A stretch of DNA of 64,000 nucleotides from Saccharofermentanales bacterium (GTDB lineage Bacteria > Bacillota > Clostridia > Saccharofermentanales > DTU023), in the NCBI GenBank assembly GCA_050951845.1, contig JBMNJV010000005.1, positions 193,569 through 257,568 on the forward strand, written 5' to 3'. Positions 8,903 through 19,101 of the stretch are shown here, piece by piece (within the stretch, counting starts at the first letter, position 1; the number at the start of each line of letters is the position of its first letter). The translations under genes and the position numbers were made by a program. The notes below the pieces were generated by a model that did not search any database, was not told the DNA's origin, and was given only the letters and a program-made list of their open reading frames with translations.

Positions 8903-8992
8903 ATTTACTCCTTCAAGTAATTATTATCCGAATTTTTCATCTCTTTTAAATCGGCAAAACCTCGTAATTTAATTCATTTGGCTTTTTCCAAT

Positions 8993-9409
8993 AAAAAAGC
9001 GCCTCTTCAGCCGGGGCGCAAATCTGCACGGTACCACCCGTTTTCATAAATTAATTGTATTCTTGCCTCTACCTAATAACTCAATAATCGGAGTTATTTA
9101 TTCGGAATCGCCTGATAATTCAACAATCAGAATTATCAATCAGAATCACAAAAAATCTATCTCATTTTCCACTAACGCAGGGCTGTTAACAGCAATCGGT
9201 TCACCTTATTAATTTAGTTTTCTTCTTTTCAAAGCAATTAACTGATCAGAATCTATATTTATCTATCGAGTAATTTACTAAAAATTCAGGTTCACTGCTC
9301 GAGGATGATTTTCAATCCGGCAGAGATACGGAGCTTACACCATCCTCCATTCGCTATTCTCCCTTTGCGCCTGATTTACTGTTCCTGTCATCGCATTTAA
9401 TTTATTTGT
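8993..9409 (-). promoter_or_regulatory. T-box riboswitch leader, Ile specifier (AUC)
   Basis: On the minus strand:
- Stem I starts at GCGATGACAGGAACAGTAAAT (9374-9394).
- The specifier loop is GAAA-AUC-A, with AUC at 9307-9309.
- An F-box-like GCGTTA is present.
- The T-box sequence is AACGGGTGGTACCGTGCAG (about 9026-9043).
- The terminator is GCGCCCCGGCTGAAGAGGCGC plus T6 (8993-9019). Confidence 0.85.
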
Positions 9410-9415
9410 CGCTTT

Positions 9416-9444
9416 ATTATAGTTAGTTCGCTAAAAGAATGCAA
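9416..9444 (-). promoter_or_regulatory. sigma-A-type promoter of the ileS T-box leader
   Basis: On the minus strand, TTGCAT (9439-9444) is followed by a 17-nt spacer and TATAAT (9416-9421). Confidence 0.6.
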
Positions 9445-9661
9445 TTGTCTTTCCGGAACAATTTTTATGAGTTCATGTTACTTCTTGCATCTGCATTTTA
9501 TTTTGTTTCAACGTAGTGTCCAAAGCAATCAGAAACATTCTGTAAAAAAGAAAAACAGGGGAAGTAATTTCTTAAAATAAGTTTTTTCAACCGAAAGAGA
9601 ATAAGCAAATTATGAACATGAATTTTCTTTCGGTCGAAAAAATATATGGGAAGTAGCTTTA

Positions 9662-10807
9662 TTATTGCTTATCCGGTGTTCCTTCCAAATAAAAATCAAA
9701 GGGATCCAGCAATGAAACTTCTGTTTCCTTATCAAAAATATGAATTTTGGACATATCAAAACGGATAAAAATGTCTTGTCTGACGGCAACATAGCGAGCA
9801 GGATTAAATCTTGCAGTACATTCACGATCAGCTGAGAGGAAATCAAAATAGACAAAAGTGTCTGCTCCAACCTGCTCAACATTTTTGGTATATGCCGTAA
9901 TAACATTCTTGTCATCCTTTTTCTCAGCATAATATAAGTCTTCGGGACGGATACCGACGTAAACTAATTGACCTTTCGCCTCAACTCGTAAACGACGGGC
10001 AATTTCGTCAGATAATACGAACACTTCCCTGGGAAATTCCAATGCGGGACCTTCTTCCGTTTGAATCAGTTTGCCGTTCAGAATATTCATTTGCGGAGAA
10101 CCGATAAACTCGGCAACAAATTTATTTTCAGGATTTGCATAAAGATTGCCGGGTGTATCAAATTGCATTACATCTCCATGATCTAATACAACAATTCGAT
10201 CCCCCATCGTCATCGCTTCCGTCTGATCATGTGTAACATATATAAATGTTGTTTCTAACTGTCTATGCAATTCAGCAATTGTAGATCTCATGGAAACCCT
10301 GAGTTTAGCATCAAGATTTGACAAAGGTTCATCAAGCAAGAATACTTGCGGGTTTCGTACCATGGCACGACCTAAAGCAACACGCTGACGCTGTCCGCCT
10401 GACAAAGCAGAGGGTTTTCTATCTAATACTGCAGTTAATTCAAGAGGTTCTGCTACTTCAGCCGCCCTCTTGTATCTTTCTTCTTTGGAAACGCCTTTCA
10501 ACTTTAACGAAAAAGCAATATTATCCCGAACTGACATATGAGGATATAAGGCATATGATTGAAAAACCATTGCTATATCACGATCTTTGGGCGGAATATT
10601 ATTTACCAGGGTATCTCCTATATACATTTCACCTGCGGAAATCGTTTCGAGTCCCGCAATCATTCTCAGAGCCGTCGATTTGCCTGAACCGGAAGGTCCG
10701 ACAAAAACAACAAATTCTTTATCCTCTATATCTAAATTCAGACCTTTGATAGCCTGATATCCGTTAGTATATGTTTTACCGATATCTTTTAATACTACTT
10801 TTGCCAT
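9662..10807 (-). CDS. ABC transporter ATP-binding protein, UgpC/MalK/MsmX family
   Basis: It has Walker A (GPSGSGKST), the signature LSGGQRQRVALGRA and Walker B (FLLDEPLSNLD). A C-terminal TOBE-like regulatory domain is present. Confidence 0.9.
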   Translation of the reverse strand: MAKVVLKDIGKTYTNGYQAIKGLNLDIEDKEFVVFVGPSGSGKSTALRMIAGLETISAGEMYIGDTLVNNIPPKDRDIAMVFQSYALYPHMSVRDNIAFSLKLKGVSKEERYKRAAEVAEPLELTAVLDRKPSALSGGQRQRVALGRAMVRNPQVFLLDEPLSNLDAKLRVSMRSTIAELHRQLETTFIYVTHDQTEAMTMGDRIVVLDHGDVMQFDTPGNLYANPENKFVAEFIGSPQMNILNGKLIQTEEGPALEFPREVFVLSDEIARRLRVEAKGQLVYVGIRPEDLYYAEKKDDKNVITAYTKNVEQVGADTFVYFDFLSADRECTARFNPARYVAVRQDIFIRFDMSKIHIFDKETEVSLLDPFDFYLEGTPDKQ

Positions 10808-10831
10808 TATACGTATCTCCTTCTACTATTT

Positions 10832-11695
10832 TTATCCCTTAACGGCACCCGAGGTCAGACCCTTAACCATTGATTTCTGTCCAATAACAAAAATTAAGAG
10901 AGAAGGAATCATCGAAATAACAACTCCGGCAATCATCAAAACCATCGACTGGCTATCTTCAGCGTTAAGCATGGATAACCCGATTTGAATTGTACGTACA
11001 CTATCTTTATTGGTTGTCAGCAATGGCCACATATACATATTCCATGCCGAAATAAATGACCGGACTGCCATAGAACCAATTGTCGGTTTTAATAAAGGCA
11101 TCATAATCGTAAACACAAAATTCAAATCACTGCAACCATCGACTTTGGCAGATTCATAAATCTCATAAGGAAAGTTTTCCAAAGACTGAACTGCCAGGAA
11201 AATATTAAATGCCGAAACAATATTAGGAATAACTAAAACTATCAATGTGTCCGTCCATCCCCATGAGGAAACCATCAGGAATTGTGAAATTATGACGGCT
11301 TCTCCTGGAACCATCATCGTAGAAATTACCAGACCATATAGAAATTTGTTCGCTTTGAATTTCAGAAAACTGAAAGCAAATGCTGATAAAAATGATGTGA
11401 CAATTTGTGATAATGTAATCAGAACAGCAACTAACACTGTATTAAGTATATAACGACCTACCGGAGCTACTTTAAACACATCGGAAAAGTTAGACAAGGT
11501 CGGGTTATTCGGAAATAAAATCGCACTCGGATCATATAAATCCGAAGGTGGTTTAACAGACATTAAAAACGCATAAACAAGCGGGAACATCAGGAAAGCC
11601 CACCAAGCTATATTCAGGACAATACCTCCCCATTTTTTCATTTTTTCCTGTCTGATATATTTTAATTCAGCTGCATTTAAGGCTTTGGCTTTCAT
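10832..11695 (-). CDS. carbohydrate (CUT1) ABC transporter permease (UgpE/MalG-like)
   Basis: It is a six-TM permease with an EAA-like loop (ESAKVDGCSDLNFVFTIMMPLLKP). It sits in an operon with the ATPase and the second permease. Confidence 0.85.
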   Translation of the reverse strand: MKAKALNAAELKYIRQEKMKKWGGIVLNIAWWAFLMFPLVYAFLMSVKPPSDLYDPSAILFPNNPTLSNFSDVFKVAPVGRYILNTVLVAVLITLSQIVTSFLSAFAFSFLKFKANKFLYGLVISTMMVPGEAVIISQFLMVSSWGWTDTLIVLVIPNIVSAFNIFLAVQSLENFPYEIYESAKVDGCSDLNFVFTIMMPLLKPTIGSMAVRSFISAWNMYMWPLLTTNKDSVRTIQIGLSMLNAEDSQSMVLMIAGVVISMIPSLLIFVIGQKSMVKGLTSGAVKG

Positions 11696-12588
11696 TGTAC
11701 CTTTCCTCCTTTTGAACGAATATAAAACATCAGAATAGTCAGAGCTAAAATGATTAAAAATAATATGACCGATTCTGCTGAAGCAAAACCGTATCGATAA
11801 TTCATGAAAGCTTCTCTGTAAATATCAAAAACTATGACATTTGTTGATTCTCCCGGTCCGCCTTTCGTTAATATATTAATTTGTCCGAAAGATTGGAAAG
11901 CATTAATAATATTTGTGACAATAACAAAAAATGTCGTCGGACGCAGAGCAGGAATTGTAATATTCAGAAACTGTTGGAATCCATTCGCCCCGTCAATCGA
12001 TGCTGCTTCATATAGAGAATCGCTAATACTGGCTAAACCGGATGAAAAATAGAGGTAATTCATTCCCGAATTGAGCCAGGCAGTTAAAATCGCAACTATA
12101 ACCAAAGCTTTGCCGGGATCAGCAAGCATATTTCCTTGTGCGCCCAGTATTTTATTAATGATTCCCACAGACGGATTTAACATAACTTGAAATATTAAAG
12201 CCATTCCTACGGAAGCAATGGCCATCGGAGTTGCATAAGATGTTGAGAAAAAAGCCAGGCCCGGAAATGCTTTTTGAGTTAATAAAGCAGAAACAAAACC
12301 TAATACGACACCGACAAGAACAACAACTAAAACAAATCTAAACGATACCCATACCGAATTCCAAAAACTGCCTGATGTAAGCAATTCAATATAATTATTT
12401 AACCCTATAAAATTTTGCATTTTTCCGAAATTATCGGTGAAAAACAAAGAACGGATAATCGTTTGGAAAAACGGAATAAACATAAAAATTGCCAATATGA
12501 CAATTGTAGGTAGTAAATAACCCCAAGGTTGAAGTTTTTGTTTAAAGGATTTTTCTTCCTTAATGATTTTAACATCAGAATTTTCCAT
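11692..12588 (-). CDS. carbohydrate (CUT1) ABC transporter permease (UgpA/MalF-like)
   Basis: It is a TM permease with an EAA loop (EAASIDGANGFQQFLNITIPALRP). Its end overlaps the downstream permease by 4 nt. Confidence 0.85.
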   Translation of the reverse strand: MENSDVKIIKEEKSFKQKLQPWGYLLPTIVILAIFMFIPFFQTIIRSLFFTDNFGKMQNFIGLNNYIELLTSGSFWNSVWVSFRFVLVVVLVGVVLGFVSALLTQKAFPGLAFFSTSYATPMAIASVGMALIFQVMLNPSVGIINKILGAQGNMLADPGKALVIVAILTAWLNSGMNYLYFSSGLASISDSLYEAASIDGANGFQQFLNITIPALRPTTFFVIVTNIINAFQSFGQINILTKGGPGESTNVIVFDIYREAFMNYRYGFASAESVILFLIILALTILMFYIRSKGGKVQ

Positions 12589-12679
12589 AGAGTATATCCT
12601 TTACAAATAATTAACTAAGGAAAGGGGGAAACCCTCTTTCCTCAGTTAAGGCTATTATTTTCTTAAATTGTTGCTAAGA

Positions 12680-14086
12680 TTATTTAGCCGCATTATAGGA
12701 ATCGAGAGCCGCATTAACCTGTTCTGCCATAGCTGCTACAGCTTCTTCCGGTGTTTTTTCACCATTTAAAGCTTTTTCCAATTCAGCTTCATAATAAGTT
12801 CTTGCTTCCTGATTGACACCGGAGATTGCACCCTGATCATCAGCCGTCGCGTCGTGTAATTGATCAATAGCTGTTTTAAATTGCGGATTCTTTTCAATGT
12901 TTTCTTTGAATACATCCGTGTCATGTGCACCTGTATTAACCGGGAAATATCCTGTTGCAACATTCCACTTGGCTTGTACATCGGCGGATACCAAGTATTG
13001 AACAAAGTCCCAGGTAGCGTCTTTACGTGTATCATCTCCGGAATCAATCATCCATAAGGATGCGCCGCCGATCGATACACCAGCTTTATCTTCCGCATCA
13101 ATGCCCGGGAAATATGCAGTTCCCACTTCAAAACGACCACCGACTTCGGTAAGAATTTGATTAAGGTTTGCTGTAGAAGCTAAAGTAATTGCAGAGGTAC
13201 CGGCAACAAATTCAGCATTTCCACCCTCACGACCATTGTTCGGCATAACACCCGAATCGGCTACATCTTTCCACATGGAAACAACTTTGAGCATGGAGCC
13301 GTTTTCATCAAAAGCTGCTTTTGTAGCATGATCTTCTCTGCCGTTTCCGTGATCAAATGTATCTTTGCCCGTCTTATTAAGCCATTGTTCCATGTACCAA
13401 CCATAGATATCGACAGACATCGGATATTGAACTGTTGTGGAGTCGGAAGATTTTGCACCTGTAATCTTGTCTGCAATCTCTTTGATTTCTTCGATGTTTG
13501 TAGGAATATCCGTAATGCCAGCATCATCAAAAGCTGTTTTGTTGTAATACATCAGAGGTGTTGATGAGTTAAAAGGCATAGAGTAAAGTTTACCGTTAAG
13601 TGTATAATAGGCTAAAAGGTTTTCTTCCAATACAGAAGTATCAAATTTGCTTTTGTCTATCATATCCTGCATCGGAACAATCAAACCGGAATCGATCAAA
13701 AATTGTGTTCCCATCTCAAATACTTGTACAAGATCCGCATTGACATCAGATCCTGCAGCAGAGGAACGTAATTTTGTTAAAGTATCGTCATAAGTACCTT
13801 GATATTGAGCAACAACTTCTACTTTATCTTGAGATTGATTGTAATCTGCGACAATCTCTTCAAGGGCTTTGCCTATTGATCCGCCCATAGCATGCCAGAA
13901 TGTAATTTGTACTGTTTCGCCGCTATCGCTTTTCTTACCACTGTCTTCACTGGTTTTGTCTTCTTCTTTTGCTTCTTTTGCATTACCATCATCTGAGTCG
14001 CTTTTTCCGCCACATGCAACTACAGATAACACCATAATAATTGCCAGCAAAAATACTAAAATATTATTTAATTTTTTAATTTTCAT
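12680..14086 (-). CDS. ABC transporter substrate-binding lipoprotein (family 1, UgpB-like)
   Basis: The start is chosen at MKIKKL (ATG 14086), preceded by AGGAGGAG. A lipobox (LSVVAC-GG) is followed by an acidic/Ser linker and then an SBP_bac_1-like sequence. Confidence 0.85.
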   Translation of the reverse strand: MKIKKLNNILVFLLAIIMVLSVVACGGKSDSDDGNAKEAKEEDKTSEDSGKKSDSGETVQITFWHAMGGSIGKALEEIVADYNQSQDKVEVVAQYQGTYDDTLTKLRSSAAGSDVNADLVQVFEMGTQFLIDSGLIVPMQDMIDKSKFDTSVLEENLLAYYTLNGKLYSMPFNSSTPLMYYNKTAFDDAGITDIPTNIEEIKEIADKITGAKSSDSTTVQYPMSVDIYGWYMEQWLNKTGKDTFDHGNGREDHATKAAFDENGSMLKVVSMWKDVADSGVMPNNGREGGNAEFVAGTSAITLASTANLNQILTEVGGRFEVGTAYFPGIDAEDKAGVSIGGASLWMIDSGDDTRKDATWDFVQYLVSADVQAKWNVATGYFPVNTGAHDTDVFKENIEKNPQFKTAIDQLHDATADDQGAISGVNQEARTYYEAELEKALNGEKTPEEAVAAMAEQVNAALDSYNAAK

Positions 14087-14408
14087 TCTTCTCCTCCTTT
14101 TCGTTAACCGAAAATAGTAAAAATAATTCAAAACCTACTCTAGCAAAAGTTTGTAATGCAAAAATAAAGAATCAGTAAAAATCGAAACTTCAAAAAACTT
14201 AACCAAAATATAATAATTCAGCACGTATGCCCTGCAAAACACTTTAGACTGATTATTCCAAAACCCTTTTATTTGCAGCATTTTTGATTTTTTCATTTTT
14301 TGAATATTGTTAAAACCAGTTATTGATAATGCCCTTAAATCAATTCAAAATTATGTTAACTGAGCTTAAAATCATGTTAATTTTTCATTAAAATTAATTT
14401 CTTCAATC

Positions 14409-14442
14409 AAAAACTCCAAAGACCTTGATCAGGCTTTGGAGT
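14409..14442 (-). terminator. rho-independent terminator downstream of the RbsB-like gene
   Basis: On the minus strand, ACTCCAAAG-N12-CTTTGGAGT is followed by TTTTTGA. Confidence 0.65.
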
Positions 14443-14543
14443 TTAATTCATCTCTTTCTGGATGTTCTATGAGATGTATCCGGAATTCTCGTTGATCTGA
14501 TCTCAGAGAATTTCCGTATTATTTTGACATGCTCAGCAGATTA

Positions 14544-15506
14544 TTATTTAACTTGCGTTGCAAAATCTTCGTCACTGACGTATTCAGCAGCATTATCAGC
14601 TGTAATTAATTGAGTACCGACGTCTACGAATGATTCTACTTCTTCACCGGCCAAAATCTTCAGAGCAACATTTACTGATTCTTGACCTTGGAGTTTCGGG
14701 TCATTCATGGTTGTTACGTGATATTTACCTTCAACGATATATTCAACAGCTTCCATCAATCCGTCAACACCTGTGAAGTAAATGCCTTCCAGACCTTGTT
14801 GTTCTGCAACTTGCATTGCACCGATTGACATATCATCATTGTGACCGAATACTAATGCAACGTCAGGATGAGCTTGGAACAAGTCTTGAGCAGCTTCTAC
14901 CGCTTTTGCACGGTTAAAGTCACAGTACGGTGATTGAATAATTTCTACGCCTTCGCCTTCAAATGCTTCATGGAAACCTGCTGATCTTAAGTTGGTGTTG
15001 TTGTTACCGGCACCGCCCATGAATTCGATGATTTTTTTGCCTTCAACATTGCCGCTGCCGCCTAAGAGCTCGAGAGCAGCTAAGCCAACAGTATTACCCA
15101 TGTGTTTGTTGTCTTCACCAACGTGGGAAACTGCACCCTCTGCGTTAGAAGGTCTGTTAACTGTAATTAAAGGCACACCTGAATCTAATGAAGATTGGAT
15201 AGCAGGTGCACAGCTGTCGGAGTCAACCGGATTCAAGATAACCAGACTGACACCAGATTGAATTAAGTCAGCAACGTCCTGGCTTTGTTTGGAAGGATCT
15301 TTTGCAGCATCAATCAGTCTGAAGTCTACACCGGCTGCTTCGCAAGCTGCTTGGGCCGAATCTTGCAGTGTCACATAATAAGGTGAGTCTGCCTGAGCCT
15401 GGGCAAAACCGATTTCAAAACCTTCGCCTGATACATCAGGTGCTGCTTCCGTTTCTTTTGCCGGTTCTTCAGCTTTTTCCTCTTTATTTGATAAACTAAG
15501 AATATA
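14544..15506 (-). pseudogene. RbsB/periplasmic-binding-protein-type sugar-binding lipoprotein, 5'-truncated and orphan
   Basis: The frame stays open upstream of the tracked GTG (…ILSLSNKEEKAEEPAKETEAAPDVSGEGFEIGFAQAQADSPYYVTLQD…) until an in-frame TAG at 15507-15509. There is no Met, signal peptide or lipobox Cys. No permease or ATPase partner lies adjacent. Confidence 0.55.
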
Positions 15507-16170
15507 CTATTTTAGAAATCTTCACATCCAATTACTTTAATAAATTCCAATTATTTTGAATAATTATTACCCATTTTGTTTTTTAACAGTAATAATGATT
15601 TTATAATTACAACCTGATCTTAAGCCTGAATATTGAGTGTGTATTTCAGATAACCGGCAAAATGAATTTAAGTTTTCTGAGAAATAATCTTCCCTTGAAT
15701 CATATTAACACATACCCATAAACAAGTTAGAAAAAATTTAATAAGTAGTAATTTGATTTAAGTAAAAATCTTTAAGTAGCATTTCAAAATATAACAATAC
15801 TACTAAATGTATTGCATTTTTTCTAATGCAACAATATATTACAACAAAAAAGCTCCGTATGTATTGTAGAATTCAGGTTAAAGTTTTACTATATGTTCTC
15901 CAACACAAATCTTTGTATTACGTTTATAAATATTCCTGTTACCTATAAATAAATGTAGCACTTTACACATATCATTGGTTTATGAATGTGCTTTTGATAC
16001 AATAATTACAATGAATTTTTTGTATTTATTTGATAGTTTATCTTACTAAACTCAAAAGCTCTCGGATACATCATCTTTATCGCAAAAAACTCATGAAAAA
16101 GCTTAATTTAGTCATATTCCATTGGTTGTTAAAACAACAATATAAAATATTAGCTTCAAGGAGGTTCGCA

Positions 16171-17382
16171 ATGCTTTCAAAATCAATTGCTACCAGCACT
16201 GTAAAAGAAATCAGTAAACTGGTTAACAAACATATCAATATGATGAATGTTGACGGTATTATCATTGCCAGTTCTAATCCTGAACGTATAGGTCAAGCTC
16301 ATTGGGGTGCAGAAAAAATAATTGCGGAAAACTTGGATGAACTCTATATTACTAATGACGATATCTCGGATATTCAAATCGCTTCCGATCAATTTGTACA
16401 AACCGGTTTAAATTTACCTTTGATCATTCACGGAGAAACTGTCGGGGTGATCGGGATTACAGGTGAATATAATGAAGTTTCGCAAATCGGCTATATCATA
16501 AAAAAAATGGCGGAGATTTTGCTTGAAGATCAAATCAAAAACCAACAACTGGCTGCTAACAAGTGGAAATTTGAATCTTTTATCAATAATTACTTAAATA
16601 CCAGATCTTTTAATTTCAGTAAATCTCTGTCACTAAAAGCAAAAGAACTGAAATTTGATCTGAATAAATACTATTTTATTGCAATTATAAAAATTGCCGA
16701 TTCAACTACAACTTTAAGTGAAATCGGTTACAGACAGGAAATTGCCAACTATCTCCAAAATCAAATCAGTTATTTAATTAATAAATCAATTATCGTCCAA
16801 AAAGAAAATCATTGGCTTATCTTGATTCCGGAAGATTATACTTCAGAAGACAAAATCGAAAACAAATTGTCTTATTTCGTTAAAGCATTAAGTGATAAAG
16901 TTTATCAGGAATATTCCTTGAAAATCCGGTTCGGGATATCTTCGCTGATCGATAATAAGATTTCACCTTTTGAAAATCTTGAACAAGCTGAATTTGCTTT
17001 ATTTTATTCTGATATGAATCAGAAACCGCTCACTTTTTATGATGATTTAGGTATTGCCAATATTATTTTTTATTTTCCGGAAAATGTTAAAAAGGGGTTT
17101 TTGACTGAATTCTATAAAGATATTTCCGAACAGGATATCGAAGATTATATTGAGCTTTTCAAAGCCTATTTTAACTACGAAGGTTCAATCACTGAAATTG
17201 CCGAATCTATGTTTATCCACAGTAACACCGTACAATATCGCTTAAACAAATTCTCCAAACTTACCGGAAAAGATATTCGCAAAGCCAGCCAGTCTCATTT
17301 GTTCTATATTGCAATTCTTCTGGAAAAAGAAAAAATTTATCGCCAAAAATTGGCTCAGAATACTTTTTCTTTTATAGATTAA
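16171..17382 (+). CDS. cdaR: CdaR-family transcriptional regulator (sugar-diacid recognition domain plus PucR-type C-terminal HTH)
   Basis: The start is at ATG 16171, after AGGAGG. The N-terminus (MLSKSIA...INMMNVDGIIIASSNPERIGQAHWGAEKII) matches the Diacid_rec pattern. The C-terminus has an HTH (HSNTVQYRLNKFSKLTG). It is adjacent to glycerate kinase. Confidence 0.75.
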   Translation: MLSKSIATSTVKEISKLVNKHINMMNVDGIIIASSNPERIGQAHWGAEKIIAENLDELYITNDDISDIQIASDQFVQTGLNLPLIIHGETVGVIGITGEYNEVSQIGYIIKKMAEILLEDQIKNQQLAANKWKFESFINNYLNTRSFNFSKSLSLKAKELKFDLNKYYFIAIIKIADSTTTLSEIGYRQEIANYLQNQISYLINKSIIVQKENHWLILIPEDYTSEDKIENKLSYFVKALSDKVYQEYSLKIRFGISSLIDNKISPFENLEQAEFALFYSDMNQKPLTFYDDLGIANIIFYFPENVKKGFLTEFYKDISEQDIEDYIELFKAYFNYEGSITEIAESMFIHSNTVQYRLNKFSKLTGKDIRKASQSHLFYIAILLEKEKIYRQKLAQNTFSFID

Positions 17383-17474
17383 ATTACAATGATACTCCTG
17401 CTCAGAACTTTGCGTTCTCTTAAATATGCCGGTCTCCGATTTTAAGATGCTGAACTCCCGTTTTAATGAAAGTC

Positions 17475-17518
17475 AAAAAGGGGCTGTCTCAAATGAAATC
17501 ATTTTTAGACAACCCCTT
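17475..17518 (-). terminator. rho-independent terminator after glycerate kinase
   Basis: On the minus strand, AAGGGGTTGTCT-N17-AGACAGCCCCTT (one mismatch) is followed by TTTTTGAC. Confidence 0.65.
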
Positions 17519-17572
17519 ATATAGATTACACCCCGCTATAAAATATATTTATAACGATCGCTTTGAATTAGA

Positions 17573-18715
17573 TTATGAAAGAGTCAATAAGCGCATGATT
17601 TCATTCATGGTCAAAGCCAAATCGGATTTTGCTCTCGGTTTTGCTTCTTTGAAAGGAACAGCTACTCTGTTCGTACTCATAATTGCCGTTACACCGTAAT
17701 CATAGGCTCCGTCCATATTATCACCGATGTCACCGACTACCGCGATCAATGGAACATTTTGTTTTTTAGCACGTTTGGCAATTCCGATAACAACCTTACC
17801 GCCCAAAGATTGTGAGTCGATTTTGCCTTCTCCTGTGAAAACAATACTTGTATCGGCCAATAATTCATCAAATTTAACAATATCCAGAATTACATCTATT
17901 CCCATTTCCAGTTTGCCGTTTAACAAACCGTAGAAACCGCCACCGATACCACCTGCTGCGCCGGCTCCCGGTATATCAATAATATCAACACCTACATCAC
18001 GTTTAACGATTTCCGCGAAATTTCTCAAGCCGGCATCCAGTGCAACAACATCAGATTCCGTTGCTCCTTTTTGCGGTCCGAACACAGCTGCTGCACCACG
18101 TTCACCACAAAGCGGATTATTGATATCACTCATCAATTTGATGGTCGCATTATCCAGATCGGGGTTTCTGCCGGAAACATCAATCCGCGCAATATCAATC
18201 AATGTTTTGCCGACCGGTACAAATTCATTGTTATCTTTGTCAAAGAACTTAATTCCCAAAGCCGCGCAAGCACCGGCACCGCCGTCATTAGTTGCACTGC
18301 CGCCCAAACCGATGATTATTTCAGTATGCCCCTTGGCCAAAGCATCACTTATTAATTGTCCTACACCGTATGTAGTGGCATCCATAACTGCGAGTTTTTC
18401 CATTTGGGGCAAACCGACCACTGCTGCAACCTCGATTACTGCTGATCCGTTCGGCAATACACCGTAAAAACTTTCCATGTCCTGCATCAGAGGACCTTTG
18501 ACATCAATATTGACCATCTCTCCGCCAATAGCCAATTGTAAAGCCTCTACTGTTCCTTCACCGCCGTCCGCAACCGGTATAGCAGTAATTTCTACGTTCG
18601 GTAAGAATTTTCGTACAGAATTTGCCATTATTTCGCAAACTTCAGTTGCGGAAATTGTTCCTTTAAAGGAATCCGGGATCAAAATAATTCTGTTTTTGTC
18701 GGTTGAAAATTTCAT
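17573..18715 (-). CDS. glxK: glycerate kinase
   Basis: It matches the glycerate kinase family pattern (ILIPDSFKGTISATEV...IPVADGGEGTVEAL...GLGGSATNDGGAG...FTGEGKIDSQSLGGK). The ATG at 18715 lies 6 nt after AGGAGG. Confidence 0.9.
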   Translation of the reverse strand: MKFSTDKNRIILIPDSFKGTISATEVCEIMANSVRKFLPNVEITAIPVADGGEGTVEALQLAIGGEMVNIDVKGPLMQDMESFYGVLPNGSAVIEVAAVVGLPQMEKLAVMDATTYGVGQLISDALAKGHTEIIIGLGGSATNDGGAGACAALGIKFFDKDNNEFVPVGKTLIDIARIDVSGRNPDLDNATIKLMSDINNPLCGERGAAAVFGPQKGATESDVVALDAGLRNFAEIVKRDVGVDIIDIPGAGAAGGIGGGFYGLLNGKLEMGIDVILDIVKFDELLADTSIVFTGEGKIDSQSLGGKVVIGIAKRAKKQNVPLIAVVGDIGDNMDGAYDYGVTAIMSTNRVAVPFKEAKPRAKSDLALTMNEIMRLLTLS

Positions 18716-19101
18716 GGGCATCCTCCTCTAAAATAAAAACTTTCTTTGTTTTTTCATATTTTAAGAATTATGTTCAGCTTTCTAGACCAATATTTCAATA
18801 ACTCGGACGAAATCTGATTATGATTTAATTAAAACAATCAACTTGTTTTTAATATATCTATAACCATATTTCACCTTAACTACAAGAAAATAATGTCTAT
18901 TTGTCTAAATTTTTCTTAATCATAGCATAATCATTAAGATATATTGACTATATTTTTCTTATCTGTCTTGTGTTTGAAAACAATAACCGCGATCGGGCTA
19001 AAATATAAGTCAAGCAAAATCAGCAGACCGAGAACTGACAATGCGCCAACACCTATTCCGGAGTTATGTTATGCTGACAAATTCATCGTTCCGAAATATA
19101 A

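Noticed and set aside
9610-9930. 106-aa minus-strand ORF overlapping the 3' part of the ABC ATPase gene.
   Set aside because: It runs out of frame through most of the ATPase C-terminal domain, and its composition is atypical. Other short ORFs nested in ileS, nrdD, ppdK and bioY were dismissed for the same reason.
18934-19086. Small hydrophobic minus-strand ORF just downstream of the acyl-CoA ligase (MNLSA*HNSGIGVGALSVLGLLILLDLYFSPIAVIVFKHKTDKKNIVNIS).
   Set aside because: An in-frame TAA at codon 6 interrupts it. The remaining part would need a TTG start (19041) with no RBS. It may be a decayed small membrane-protein gene or a type I toxin-like relic, but it is unsupported as a live gene.
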